Origin: Paraspadella gotoi
Lineage: Eukaryota; Animalia; Chaetognatha
Direction of reading: 5' to 3'
Assembly (NCBI GenBank): GCA_051294375.1
Contig: JBJCIZ010001662.1
Location: 23,272 to 87,271 of the forward strand
DNA: 64,000 bases
In this document: positions 25,598-37,188 of the stretch, one piece after another
Numbering within the stretch: the stretch's first letter is position 1
How the letters are laid out: every line of letters starts with the position of its first letter
Translations under genes and position numbers: made by a program
The notes under the pieces: model-generated
Database searches by the model: none
The model's input: the letters and a program-made list of their open reading frames with translations, nothing else
Told to the model about the DNA's origin: nothing

Positions 25598-27932
25598 TAG
25601 ACACATTTTTTTCCGCTGAAAAATTGTCATAGAGTTATGAAAAAGGTGTCATTCTTTTCGTATTTTAGAGCTATAAAAAATAAATGTATTTTCGTACATT
25701 TTTTTTATATCTCGCCTTTCCAGAAGCGTTAAAGTGCCACGGGCGTCAAAATAATTGATTTTCAGCAATTTCATGGTTTTTCAGAAAATATTTTAGATAA
25801 TTATAAAAATAATGATAAAATTTGTATTATCTGTTTTACTCTGTTATCTGAAATATTTAATCATAAATTAATAAACTCAAACGTTATTGGAATTTTTAGA
25901 AATATATTAAAACCGGAAGTTAATTTATTTTGCCATGAACTTTTTCTTAAAAGCGAAAAGTTAAGATCACAGATTTCAATACTTTTAATTGCTTCAGAAA
26001 ACTGGCAAAGACCAAGTTTTAAAAAGTAGAATAATAATGGATTTCATAACAAAAGTTTTATGGCGACAAAAAAATCATAAAAAAGGACCATAGCTGAGAA
26101 TGTGTGACATCAAAATTCTTGTACAAATCTCGTTCATCCTGCTCTGTCGAGAGAGAGATCTTCACGTAAATCAAGGATTCGCTTCGTTTCTCCGAGTTTC
26201 CATAATTTTGTCAGCTGGACAACGACAGTATGAGCCGTAATTTTCTTATTTCAATCGTTTGTTGACTAGAAAGAAGCGCTGAAAAACTTTTCTGACTTTT
26301 GAAGGTTCAGACGACGAAGTCTGAAATGTTTCCAGCCGTTTTGTAATACCAAACTCTGCATATAACGGCACAAGGGTTTGTATTGTTGTATTTACAATGA
26401 AACCCGCCTCTAGAAAAAAATCGCCCTTTGTAGTAAAAACCAAAATTATTTGAGTTGCCTCAACTTTCTGGCTGACTTTCAAGATGGCAACGATCGTGTT
26501 TTCAAATGTTTATTACAAATTCGAGGTTAAAACAGTTCATAATTAATCTATAATTAAGTCCATAAATTCATAAAAAGGCCAGTAAATTATAAACAAACTG
26601 CCAGTCTTAAAACCGTACAACATCGGATGCAACTCCCCTGACTAAGGTACATTTAAAATATAATCAGGATATTTGCCGAGTTCACGTTTCTTCTTCGTCT
26701 TCATCATCGTCGTCGCGTTCTTTTTCTCGAGAAACCAGGCAAAGTGAAACGCCGATATCAAATCCATGGCCGTCAGACGTCAAGCCCGTTTTCTCCCTCA
26801 ACGGTCACGCCCACACGCAGCCACAATTTATATATCTAAATTTTATATTGATTTGGTTTTGATTTGGACTTGGAAATTAGTTTTAAAAATGAAATACAAT
26901 TGTTAACCATTTTTTTTCTTTGCCCATAGCCAAGTTAAATCATAACCATCAATATGAAATTTGGATATTTAAATGATTTTGGTTTTTAAAAGAAAAAAAA
27001 TATTTCTGATTAAAAATCTTGACTGGTTTACAAATGACAATTTATTTTTAGCGGCGGGTTTCAGTGTGTGTCATCTGTTTAAAAAAAAAACCATTAAAAA
27101 ATTGAATGGATAATTTTTATATTGGTTGTACCAATTTCATATATATATTTTAATTAAATAAAAATTACAATATTGACTAGCTTCTTTTGTTTTTTTTTTG
27201 TTCAAACTTCTTAAGTTTAATTTTTTATCAAAATAAAAACGGTTTTTCAGAGTCACTTCCGGTCTGCGGAATTATTTCCGGTTTAATGATACTGATTTAA
27301 AGCAAATATAAATCTTAGAAAGATTTTTTTATTGGAATAAATCCTAATAAATCATAAAATATCATTTAAAATGATTCAAATTGGCTATTATCACAAGAAA
27401 ATATAGAAATTGTCAAAAATCTATAAATTTGACGCTCGTGGCACTTTGACGCCCCTGGGAGAAGGCGAAGATGTTTTGAAAAAGTCTTTGCAAGTTTTTT
27501 TTTCTTAAAGNNNNNNNNNNNNNNNNNNNNNNNNNNNNNNNNNNNNNNNNNNNNNNNNNNNNNNNNNNNNNNNNNNNNNNNNNNNNNNNNNNNNNNNNNN
27601 NNNNNNNNNNNNNNNNNNNNNNNNNNNNNNNNNNNNNNNNNNNNNNNNNNNNNNNNNNNNNNNNNNNNNNNNNNNNNNNNNNNNNNNNNNNNNNNNNNNN
27701 NNNNNNNNNNNNNNNNNNNNNNNNNNNNNNNNNNNNNNNNNNNNNNNNNNNNNNNNNNNNNNNNNNNNNNNNNNNNNNNNNNNNNNNNNNNNNNNNNNNN
27801 NNNNNNNNNNNNNNNNNNNNNNNNNNNNNNNNNNNNNNNNNNNNNNNNNNNNNNNNNNNNAACGTTTAAATACAAACAGAATGACACCTTTTTGAAGACT
27901 ATGACCATTTTCCGCGGAAAAAAATGTGTCTA
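25598..27932. mobile_element. hAT-type non-autonomous element with 8-bp TSD
   Basis: atatacat|tagacacattttttt...aaaaaaatgtgtcta|atatacat: TAG/CTA termini, a perfect 8-bp duplication and long imperfect TIRs. It spans an N gap. Confidence 0.75.
27511..27860. other. Assembly gap; others at about 29581, 50926, 52863, 63223 and 63450-63682
   Basis: N runs. Confidence 1.
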
Positions 27933-28436
27933 ATATACATTTAATATAAAAGGGGAAAAAAATCATAATCAATTAATGAAACAGGTTTTTTTGTTTTTTT
28001 TCCATTTAAACTCATTTCCACTTAAAACGATTCCATCGAAACTTGGTTTCCTGTTCAATCACACACCTTCCTACTCACATACAAAATTCCAGGTCAATCG
28101 CCCCATCCACTCATGAGCAATTGGTGTTCAAATAGTGAATTATATATTTTTTTTTTCATTTAAACTTATTTCCACTCGGACGATTCCATCGAAACTTTAT
28201 ATCAAGCTCAATCACACACTTCCCTACCCACACACACAAATTTCATTCAAATCCATCCATCCAATCAAGAGTAATTGGTGTTTTTTGCTAAGGTGGGACG
28301 GACAGACGAACATTTTTTTTGCATAATTTATCATAATTTGATGTTTTGACATGATATAAGTTAGTGCCCGACAATATTGAGGGGCGACGACGGCGACCGA
28401 CAAAGTGAATTATAGAGTTGGGATCTGCTGATCCGA

Positions 28437-28665
28437 CTAAAAACCTAAGGGTTGCCATTGGCATTGACCACCAATCTTCTGCTCCAGGATGCCGCCGATG
28501 GTCGTCAGTGACGCATCGACGGTCAGGGCCAGAGGTGCCCCGTCCACAGGGTGGACAAGCATAGTTGCATTTTCTAGAGCTTCTATCGACTTGAAGGCTT
28601 GAGTCATCTCCTCGTTCCATTTGAGGACTCGGGTATTGCCTTTTAAGGCTTGGTACAATGGTAAG
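28437..28665 (-). mobile_element. Ty3/Gypsy RT-connection/RNase H fragment
   Basis: LKWNEEMTQAF...ATMLVHP...LALTVDAS...IGGILEQ...WQPLGF. Confidence 0.88.
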
Positions 28666-29580
28666 TTGCTTCACTTGCATACTTTTTTTTAACTTGCATA
28701 ATTTTTTCAACTTGCATAATTTTTTTAACTTGCATAATTTTTTTCACTTGCATAAATTTTTCAACTTGTATAATTTTTTCAACTTGTATAATTTTTTCAA
28801 CTTGCATATTTTTTCAACTTGCATACTTTTTTGACTTGCATACTTTTTTTGACTTGCATACTTTTTTCAACTTGCATACTTTTTTCAACTTGCATACTTT
28901 TTTCAACTTGCATCCTTTTTTAACTTGTATACTTTTTTTCAACTTGTATACTTTTTTCAACTTGTATACTTTTTTCAACTTGTATACTTTTTTCAACTTG
29001 CATACTTTTTTCTACTTGCATACTTTTTTCTACTTGCATACTTTTTTCTACTTGCATACTTTTTTCTACAACTTGCATACTTTTTTAACTTACATAATTT
29101 TTTCAACTTTCAACTATCTAGTTATCAAGTTCCATTAGTGAGGCATCAAAGAAAATTAATGCAAAAGTACTATAATATAATTTGCATATCGCAATATTTG
29201 AATCGATATAAACAAAGAAAATGGACACACATTTCAACTTCCTCACTGCCTCACTAATGGAACTTGATAACTAGATAGTTGAAAGTTGAAAAAATTATGT
29301 AAGTTAAAAAAGTATGCAAGTTGTAGAAAAAAGTATGCAAGTAGAAAAAAGTATGCAAGTAGAAAAAAGTATGCAAGTAGAAAAAAGTATGCAAGTAGAA
29401 AAAAGTATGCAAGTTGAAAAAAGTATACAAGTTGAAAAAAGTATACAAGTTGAAAAAAAGTATACAAGTTAAAAAAGGATGCAAGTTGAAAAAGTATGCA
29501 AGTTGAAAAAAGTATGCAAGTTGAAAAAAGTATGCAAGTTGAAAAAAGTATGCAAGTCAAAAAAGTATGCAAGTTGAAAA
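28665..29580. repeat. 17-bp tandem array (aacttgcatactttttt) in two inverted arms
   Basis: Forward array at about 28665-29110 and reverse array at about 29285-29580. The inversion extends to 29145 and 29248 around a spacer of about 100 bp. Confidence 0.9.
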
Positions 29581-29849
29581 NNNNNNNNNNNNNNNNNNNN
29601 NNNNNAATCTTAAACAGCTATAATGATCTCGCCAGACCTTACTATCAAAGAAAATTAATGCAAAAGTACTATAATATAATTTGCATATCGCAATATTTGA
29701 ATCGATATAAAACAAAGAAAATGGACACACATTTCAACTTCCTCACTGCCTCACTAGTAAGGTCTGGCGAGATCATTATACTTTTAAGATTTTTTTTGCA
29801 GATTTGGATTTGTTATAAAAGGTGGATAAAAGAAATTTAACTTTTTTTT

Positions 29850-30720
29850 TTCGTCGTAATCGCTTACCGTTTGCGACTATATTGTAACGCTTTTGCACAT
29901 AAGTGGCGTCGTAGTTGTCGTCGGCGTTCCAAATTATAGATCGCCTTTTTTATGATTAAATTTGGGTGTATGAAGCTGAAAATTTTTATACAGCTTCTCA
30001 TCATCGATGTGCTTAAAATTGGTTATTGAATATGTTTTGTTTGTTTTATCAAAACAAACAAATTTCCTCTTTTAGTTTTATGTTTTCTTTTTTTTCTCTT
30101 TTCTCTTTTGATTATATGTAGCTCTCTCTCTCTCTCTTTTCATCGGATTCATCGGAAAAAAAAAACGAATCTGCAGCTGGCTCTGCAGGGGCTCTTTCTT
30201 TTTCTCTCTTTTCTCCATCTTCTTCTGCTGCTGCCTTTTGAGTCTACAGCTGGCTCTGCAGGGGCTCTCTTTTTTTTTCTCTTTTCTCCTGCTGCTTCAG
30301 CTGCTGCCTTTTGATTTCTTTCTTTTTTTCTTTCTCTCTCTCTCTCTCTCTGCATTTTTATTTAAAAAAAAAATTGAATTAGGATTAACTCGTAAAATAA
30401 GGCATCGCATTTGTGCATGTTATCATTTTGCTATCGCAACATCGGGTTTTTATTTCGTTTTTTTTTTCAGGGACTGCGTCTGCTGATCGGTTTATTTTTT
30501 GACAATGAAAAAGTTTTTTTTTTTTTTTTTCAGAAACGGTAACGTTAATTTTTCTCAGTACTTTTTTTTTTTTAAATTGACAATCGCAAAATATAATTTT
30601 TTTTGCTGTTTATAAATTAATTTTCTTTTCTCAAATTTTATTTTTTTTAGTATAAAAATTTGGCGTCAATCCAGATTTTTCTTATGCGATTGCAACGATC
30701 CTTATGCTTTTAAGATTTTT
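29850..30720 (+). mobile_element. Helentron/DINE-like family B copy
   Basis: Same 5' palindrome, (gtc)n tract, ctgcagctggctctgcagggg repeats and 3' end as 692-1305. Confidence 0.7.
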
Positions 30721-31362
30721 ATTAGTATACTTTCCTTTCTTTTTCGTTGGTTTCAGAATTTGAGATAAGAAAATCTTTTTTTGTTTTGACAACAAATTTT
30801 GTATAGAAGGCTTCATATTATAGAATGAAGCACCCCTTTTTTGTGACCAGAACTCGTTTCGAGAAAACTACTGGACCAAATTTTTAAAAATTTGGTATGA
30901 ACGATCCCTATGTGAATACAAATAGAACTATCAAGGCGAATTTCAATATTTGACCCCTGAGCCGAGATATGGGCCCCCCGGGGTTTATCCATAAGGGCAA
31001 AAAATGATAAAAATTTTTTTTCAAATTTTTTCAGTATTTTTGTTTTGAACAGTTGCATAGACGTTTACTCAGCAGTTCAAGTCAGATTTGGAATAAAGTG
31101 GAAGTAAAACGATAAACCATGCATCTTCAAACAATGCATAATTATTTAAAATTTATCAATTTTAGTTCTAAAATGTTTTTTTCGTATGTTTAAAACTTCA
31201 ATGCACCTGATGCTACTAATTTTTTTTTAAAAAAGAAAAAAAAAATTTTTAGGTTTTTTTGGCCCCCCAGGGGTCCACCTTTGCAGGGGCGGCGAGAGAA
31301 ATGGTGTGCCCCCCCACTGGTCTCCTGGCTGGTCCCCCCCCGCTCTCCATAATTTTTCAGTG

Positions 31363-33171
31363 GAGGATTTAGCCTGCCGTCCAATTCTCCTCTTCTTCTT
31401 CTTTCCTCCTCCTCCTGCCCCTCAGTATATTTTGTCTAGCGATACATTCTCTCGTTTCTACTCTTCGTGAAATATACCATTATTTTCCCTCTATTTCTTC
31501 ACGCCTTCCATACCCCTCAAGTGACGCTTTCTTCGCGGCTCGACACCCTACTCAACGTGGATTAAGTTTCCTGTGCAAACCCTCAGCAAAAAAAACAAAA
31601 AAACAAGGAAATTATAAAAAAAACTATCTTTCTTCACTAACAACCAAAAACAAACTTAAAATAAACCAAATTTACAAACTTCAATCTCAAAAAAAGATAC
31701 CATTTTACAAAATAAATATTAAAATCACTACAAAGAAATTGCATAATTTTAGAAAGAAAACCCTACTTTATGTTAATTACAAGATAATTTTCTCCTTTTT
31801 CACTCTTCGTCAACCGAAACTTCTTAAGAAAAAGGAAAGGAAAACATTAGCTCCTTTGAAAAACATAAAAAGAAAAATTAAAATAACTGTCCAGTGTCCA
31901 GAAAAATCGATACCTTTTTTACCCTAAATCTTGAAACATAAATCCAAAAATGGCCGCAATAAACTTTAGAGATCAATTCAATTCTGATGACCTCAAAGGA
32001 GAATATATTGGCATCTTGGAAAATCTGATGAATTTTTTTAAAAGATTGCATACTAATAATGCAAACCCACGAATTCTGGACAAGAATATAATGGATCTAC
32101 TTGCTTTGGTGCAGAATACACATATGTCCCCTCTGCCTTTAAAAACCCAAACTGTTTCCACTTCAACTCAAACCTATTTCACCCAAGCCAATGTAATAAA
32201 TCAACTCGGACAAAAATTCCGTACTCAACCTCTTCCCAAACTACCCAAACCGCCATCATTTCTGATTCAGTTTCCACACAAACCAATGTTGCCAAGACTG
32301 ATTCTCAAGTGCAGACCAACTTACCAACTGTCAAAGACTATGCTAAAGATATAAAAACTCAAGCTGGAAAAATCCAAGGAGAAACTTCATTTGCAAGAAT
32401 CAAGTCAAACAAGAATCAACACAAAAATCAAGCCTGCTCTTATCAGTCTCTGGTCAAGAAATGGGGAACAAAATCAAGAAATGAAAGAACTGGACCCTGG
32501 AAAGAATACATGATCCCTCAAACCTGCGCTGAAAAGATCTATATCTCCTCTCATCAACGTGTTCTTGAAGACCAAAGAAGGCAACCAGCTTTTGGAAAAT
32601 GCAAAAATACTTACCCTAAACTGATGAAAATAGACTTACGACCATGGTTGCGCCAGAAGTTTGCTGCATTTTTGACCCAGACTTTACCATTGCCTTTTTT
32701 TTTAAGAATCAATATCAGTCATGGTGCAGTGGCTTAACTTGTCAATGACTGTGACATCAATTAAAAATACACTTTTAATCATTTAAATAGCTTTTGATAG
32801 AAATCCAATAGTTTTAATTTGTGACTTCTCTCACTTTTTTAGTTCTGAGTCATTGTTTTTTTTTAGTCCTGAGGGAAGCATGACGATGTCATGCCACGCC
32901 ATTGGGGGCCTGGACATGACATCTTGGACGCAGAGGAGGATTTAGCCTGCCGTCCAATTCTCCTCTTCCTCTTCTTTCCTCCTCCTCCTGCCCCTCTGTA
33001 TATTTTGTCTAGCGATACATTCTCTCGTTTTTACTCTTCGTGAAATATACCATTTTTTTCCCTCTATTTCGCCTTCAATACCCCTCAAGTTTTTGTTTTC
33101 GATTACCGACTTTCTGCCTTGAAAATTTCTCCAGTGCTCAGACTTCTGCCTCCAGGACTTGCAACCTGGCA
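31363..33171 (+). mobile_element. LTR-like element with about 160-bp direct repeats around a frameshifted ORF
   Basis: gaggatttagcctgccgtccaattctcc...tacccctcaag occurs at 31363-31521 and 32936-33089. ORFs 31950-32354 and 32309-32737 lie between them. A purine tract followed by TG is at about 32870-32882. Confidence 0.5.
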
Positions 33172-33970
33172 TTGGTGTTTTACTGACACTTTTTTTTTCT
33201 TTTTAAATTTTTAGAGAAAAGCAAAGTGTTTTAGAATTTGTTACGATTTTATTTTTAATCGACGGACATGTTTCGACTCTTTGAATTCGAGTCTTCATTG
33301 AGTCAAAACATGTCCGTCTTTTAAAAATAAAATTGTTGTAACACTTTTCTCTAAATATTAAACAACAACGAAAAGAAAGGATTATCACATTTTTTTAAAA
33401 TCACAATTATTGTGCCTCTCTAGTCTCTAGTCTGAGCGAGGGGTCTAAATTTGTTAAACCTTCTGACGAGATGAGATTTAGCGCTTATTTTTAACCATGA
33501 GCGGCAATAGAGATAAAATATAATATATATAAATATATAAATTAATAATAACCCAAATCCCAAAGAAAAGGATTATCGTCTATGCTATCATTGCTTTGGT
33601 TACTATCTCATAAAGTATTGTGGGACCCTTATTGATTTTAAACAAAGTCATACGAACTTTCCTTTGAAATTGATTTTTTTTACCTCTAGAAGGGCCCTAA
33701 CTTGACTGAATTATTGGCCCTATCAATAGGGGTAGCCACACTCAATGGGGTGAGTCAAAAATTTAGAGTGAGTACAAGCTCAAACGAAAATTTATACATT
33801 TTTAAGTATACTTTCAATGAACAAAAAAATTCTTATACGGCTCTATACCCTAGTAATTAATTTTTTAATATTTATTTATAAATAGGAAAGGCCAAAATTT
33901 TTTTTTTGAGAAATTTTACATTTTAAGACCAGATTCAGATAGCTTATAAAAAGTTGTCTACATAAAGTAT

Positions 33971-34204
33971 TATGGTGGACTAAAATCCACCAACCATTCA
34001 TCAGCGGCCATTGGTGCCGGAGGCAAGTCATTCGCCTCCCAACCCAAAGGTCCGGGGTTCTAGCCCGGTGGCCGCCTAGCAGTTAAGAGGGACGGGGCGC
34101 TTAACCCGCCTGTAACATGGTGTTACAGCCTGATCCGAAGCTCAGGGACTGCTTATATTGAACGGTTCTGTCATTAACACTTATCAATAATTACTGTCTC
34201 TTCA
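33971..34204 (+). mobile_element. Solo LTR of the TRIM family
   Basis: gtat|tatggtggac...gtctcttca|gtat, a 4-bp TSD. Confidence 0.9.
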
Positions 34205-35055
34205 GTATAATTCTTTTTTAAATATTTTTATGATAAGTAGTTAAAAAATAAGAAAAACCATAAAAAATCGTTATCATCATCATCATATTTGATGATTTTA
34301 TTAGTTTTTTAAAATTTTTACTAAGAAATCGTAGGAATTTTTAAAAGCTGTAATTATATTTCTTGTTTAACCTTTTATGCTCTATCAGAATCCATTAAAA
34401 AATTTAAGATTTCCAAAAAAATTTTTCTTTATATAGTAATATAATAATTTTAATTAGGCTTGTACCCTCAGAAAAATTTATTTTTTACAAAAAATATTTT
34501 AATACTATAATCTTTGCTTATGATTCATTATTTTAATGTTGTATACATTAGAATTTCAATTTCATCGGCTATGGCTACCATTAAAAGTGAAATGGACTAT
34601 ATCTTGAAACAGTTGGGACATTACCAATGGGCCTTGATTTGACTTAAATAGGCGCTCAACTTGACCCCTAAAGTCTAAAGGGGCCCCAAGCATGATCTAA
34701 CCTGAATTTGATCAGTTAGATTAATATGCACAGACTGAACCTTTTTTCATAATCACTAAATTCCTTTTTTTATTCCTTTTTTTCCTTTTTTTTTTCTTCT
34801 TTTCTTTTTTTCTCTTCTCAGGGGCCCGGGCCCATCTCCTGAGGCGAGGGTGTCCCTCCCTCTCGCCACCCCTGATCTCTTGTCAGGGGTTGAATATAAA
34901 AATTCGATAGTTCCATTTAAATTGTCATTAGCACTCTAAATGTAAAATTTCATGAAATTTGATCGGGTACTTTGGTGGGAACAGGTTCTGGTCACAAAAA
35001 AGGGGTACCTAATTTTATAATATGAAGCCTTCTGTATTTGTCCGCGTTTCCTCAG

Positions 35056-35329
35056 ATGCAAATATTGCGAAGATGCAGGACAATCGATCAATCGATTCTC
35101 TTTACTGTCGGCCTCATCTCGCGAAGATTCGAAGCGTCACACTCATGTTATTTTTCTCTTATATGTTTGCCTGAAAAACATTTGTCGAACTTCGCGGTTC
35201 GAAAACTTTGTCTCGGTGATTCTTCGTTCTCATCTGTGTTCATCACTTCCATCGATCACATCTCCGGCGCCGGCGCCCAATTTCGGGGTTTTAAATTGTG
35301 GAAGGCCCATTGTCTCAAAGACCGTGATG
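35056..35329 (+). CDS. SLC30A9: Probable first coding exon of the SLC30A9-like gene (mitochondrial presequence-like)
   Basis: Acceptor ttcctcag|ATG, an open Arg/Ser-rich frame ending QFRGFKLWKAHCLKDRD, and donor G|gtgagc. Its phase-1 end joins in frame to exon 45321 (G+AG = Glu). The assignment rests on phase and position, not on conserved sequence. Confidence 0.6.
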
Positions 35330-35715
35330 GTGAGCAGTTTATTTCACCTAGTAATTCTTGATTCATAACAGAAGGCGTCATATTATGAAATGATATTGTG
35401 GCAACAGGAGGATTGCCTGTGATACCCGGGGCGGGGCACGGGGGTATCTCACCAACAGGCGAAGGGGCTGTAGACCCTCAGTGACTGTCTCCTGTCACTG
35501 GCATGTCTAGTCTACACCGGTCCCGTCACATTTAAGCCAAAACCGGGATACCTGGTAAGGCGGGCCAAAATTGAACACTTTTTATAGTTCTCTCAAAAAA
35601 ATATCTTTTTTACTTCTATTACTAAATCGATTTTCAATGCAACTTTTTGAATTAGTTCATTGGGTTGTTGCTCTAAAGCTTTTAAATATTTATTAATACA
35701 TAAATGGCAACAATT

Positions 35716-37188
35716 TTTATCGTCGCAATCGCTTTGCGTTTGAGACGATATTGCTGTGGTTTTGCTCATAAGTGGCGTCGTCGTCGTCGTCATTGTCGTC
35801 GTCATTGGCGTTCCAAATTATAGATCGCATTTTTTATGATTAAATTTCAATGTATGAAGCTGAAAATTTATATACAGCTTCTCATCATCGATGTGCTTAA
35901 AATTGAGTCAGGACAGTTATTATTAATATTAAATATGTTTTGTTTACGTTTTATCAAAACAAATTTTCTCTCTTATGGTGGACTAAAATCCACCAACCGT
36001 TCATCAGCGGCCATTGGTGCCGGAGGCAAGTCAGTTGTCTCCCAACCCAAAGGTTCGGGATTCTAGCCCGGTGGCCACCTTGCAGTTAAGAGGGACGGGG
36101 CGCTTAACCCGCCTGTAACACGGTGTTACAGCCTGATCCGAAGCTCAGGGACTGCTTATATTGAACGGTTTTGTCACTAACAAATAACAATTATCACTGT
36201 CTCATTGGTGAGCCCGACTTCCGAACACAACAACAACAACACTTTCAGGCGACATGCCTCAACCTGGCGATGCACTTTCGCCAACAACACATCAGGCGAC
36301 ATGACTCAACTTGGTGACGCACTTTCCACCAATAACAATTCACTGAAGAGACGCAACAGACTTCTCCCTACGGGAGGGGGGGGATGTATGGTGGACTAAA
36401 ATCCACCAACCGTTCATCAGCGGCCATTAGTGCCGGAGGCAAGTCAGTTGCCTCCCAACCCAAAGGTCCGGGGTTCTAGCCCGGTGGCCGCCTAGCAGTT
36501 AAGAGGGACGGGGCGCTTAACCCGCGTGTAACACGGTGTTACAGCCTGATCCGAAGCTCAGGGACTGCTTATATTGAACGGTTCTGTCACTAACAAATAA
36601 CAATTATCACTGTCTCTTCACTCTTTTATTTTTTTGTTTCCTTCTCTCTCTCTTTTCTCTTTTAAATATATGTAGCTCTCTCTCTCTCTCTTTTCCCCAG
36701 TGCTGATTCATTGGGAAAAAAACGAATCTGCAGCTGGCTCTGCAGGGGCTCTTTTTTTTTCTTTTTTTTCCTGCTGCTGCTCCCTTCTGCGTCTGCAGCT
36801 GGCTCTGCAGGGGCTTATTCTTTTTCTCTTTTCTTCTGCTTCTTCTGCTGCTGCCTTTTGATTTCTTTTTTTTACTTTCTCTCTCTTTCTGCGTTTTTAT
36901 TTAAAAAAAAATCGAAATAGGATTGAACTCGTAAAATTAGGCATCGTATTCGTGCCTGTTATCATTTTGCTGCGTCTGCTGATTAGTTTATTTTTTGACA
37001 ATGAAAATTTTTTTTTTCTTTTTTTTCAGAAACTGTAACTTTAATTTATAATTTATAAAATCTAATTTTTCTTTCTGTTTATAAATTAATTTTCTTTTCA
37101 CAATTTTTTTTTTTTTAGTATAAAAATTTGTCGTCAATCCAGATTTTTCTTATGCAATTGCGACGATCCTTATGATTTTAAGATTTTT
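35716..37188 (+). mobile_element. Helentron/DINE-like family B copy with an inserted TRIM
   Basis: Family B ends are present; the sequence is interrupted at ctct by the TRIM. Confidence 0.7.
35974..36620 (+). mobile_element. TRIM, full copy with PBS, PPT and 4-bp TSD
   Basis: LTR 35974-36204, PBS tggtgagcccgac (one mismatch to the tRNA-Trp PBS tggtgaccccgac), PPT gggagggggggga at about 36372-36384, LTR 36387-36620, TSD ctct. Confidence 0.92.

Larger units (their letters stand above)
24886..28440 (-). mobile_element. Helentron/DINE-like family A copy carrying a nested hAT-type element
   Basis: Has aaacaagtttgagcaaacaatgtcggatctgcc at one end and gggatctgctgatccgactaa at the other. Internal blocks match 38667-39985. 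Confidence 0.65.
30804..35034. mobile_element. TA-MITE split by about 3.6 kb of nested insertions
   Basis: The left part 30804-31280 aligns to 1364-1900 and the right part 34873-35034 aligns to 1918-2085. Both ends are bordered by TA. Confidence 0.7.

Noticed and set aside
27366-27972. Long ORFs containing X runs (also 63332-63730)
   Set aside because: They are artefacts of N gaps.
28814-29840. Repetitive ORFs (LHTFFN, MQVEKS)
   Set aside because: They are translations of the 17-bp satellite.
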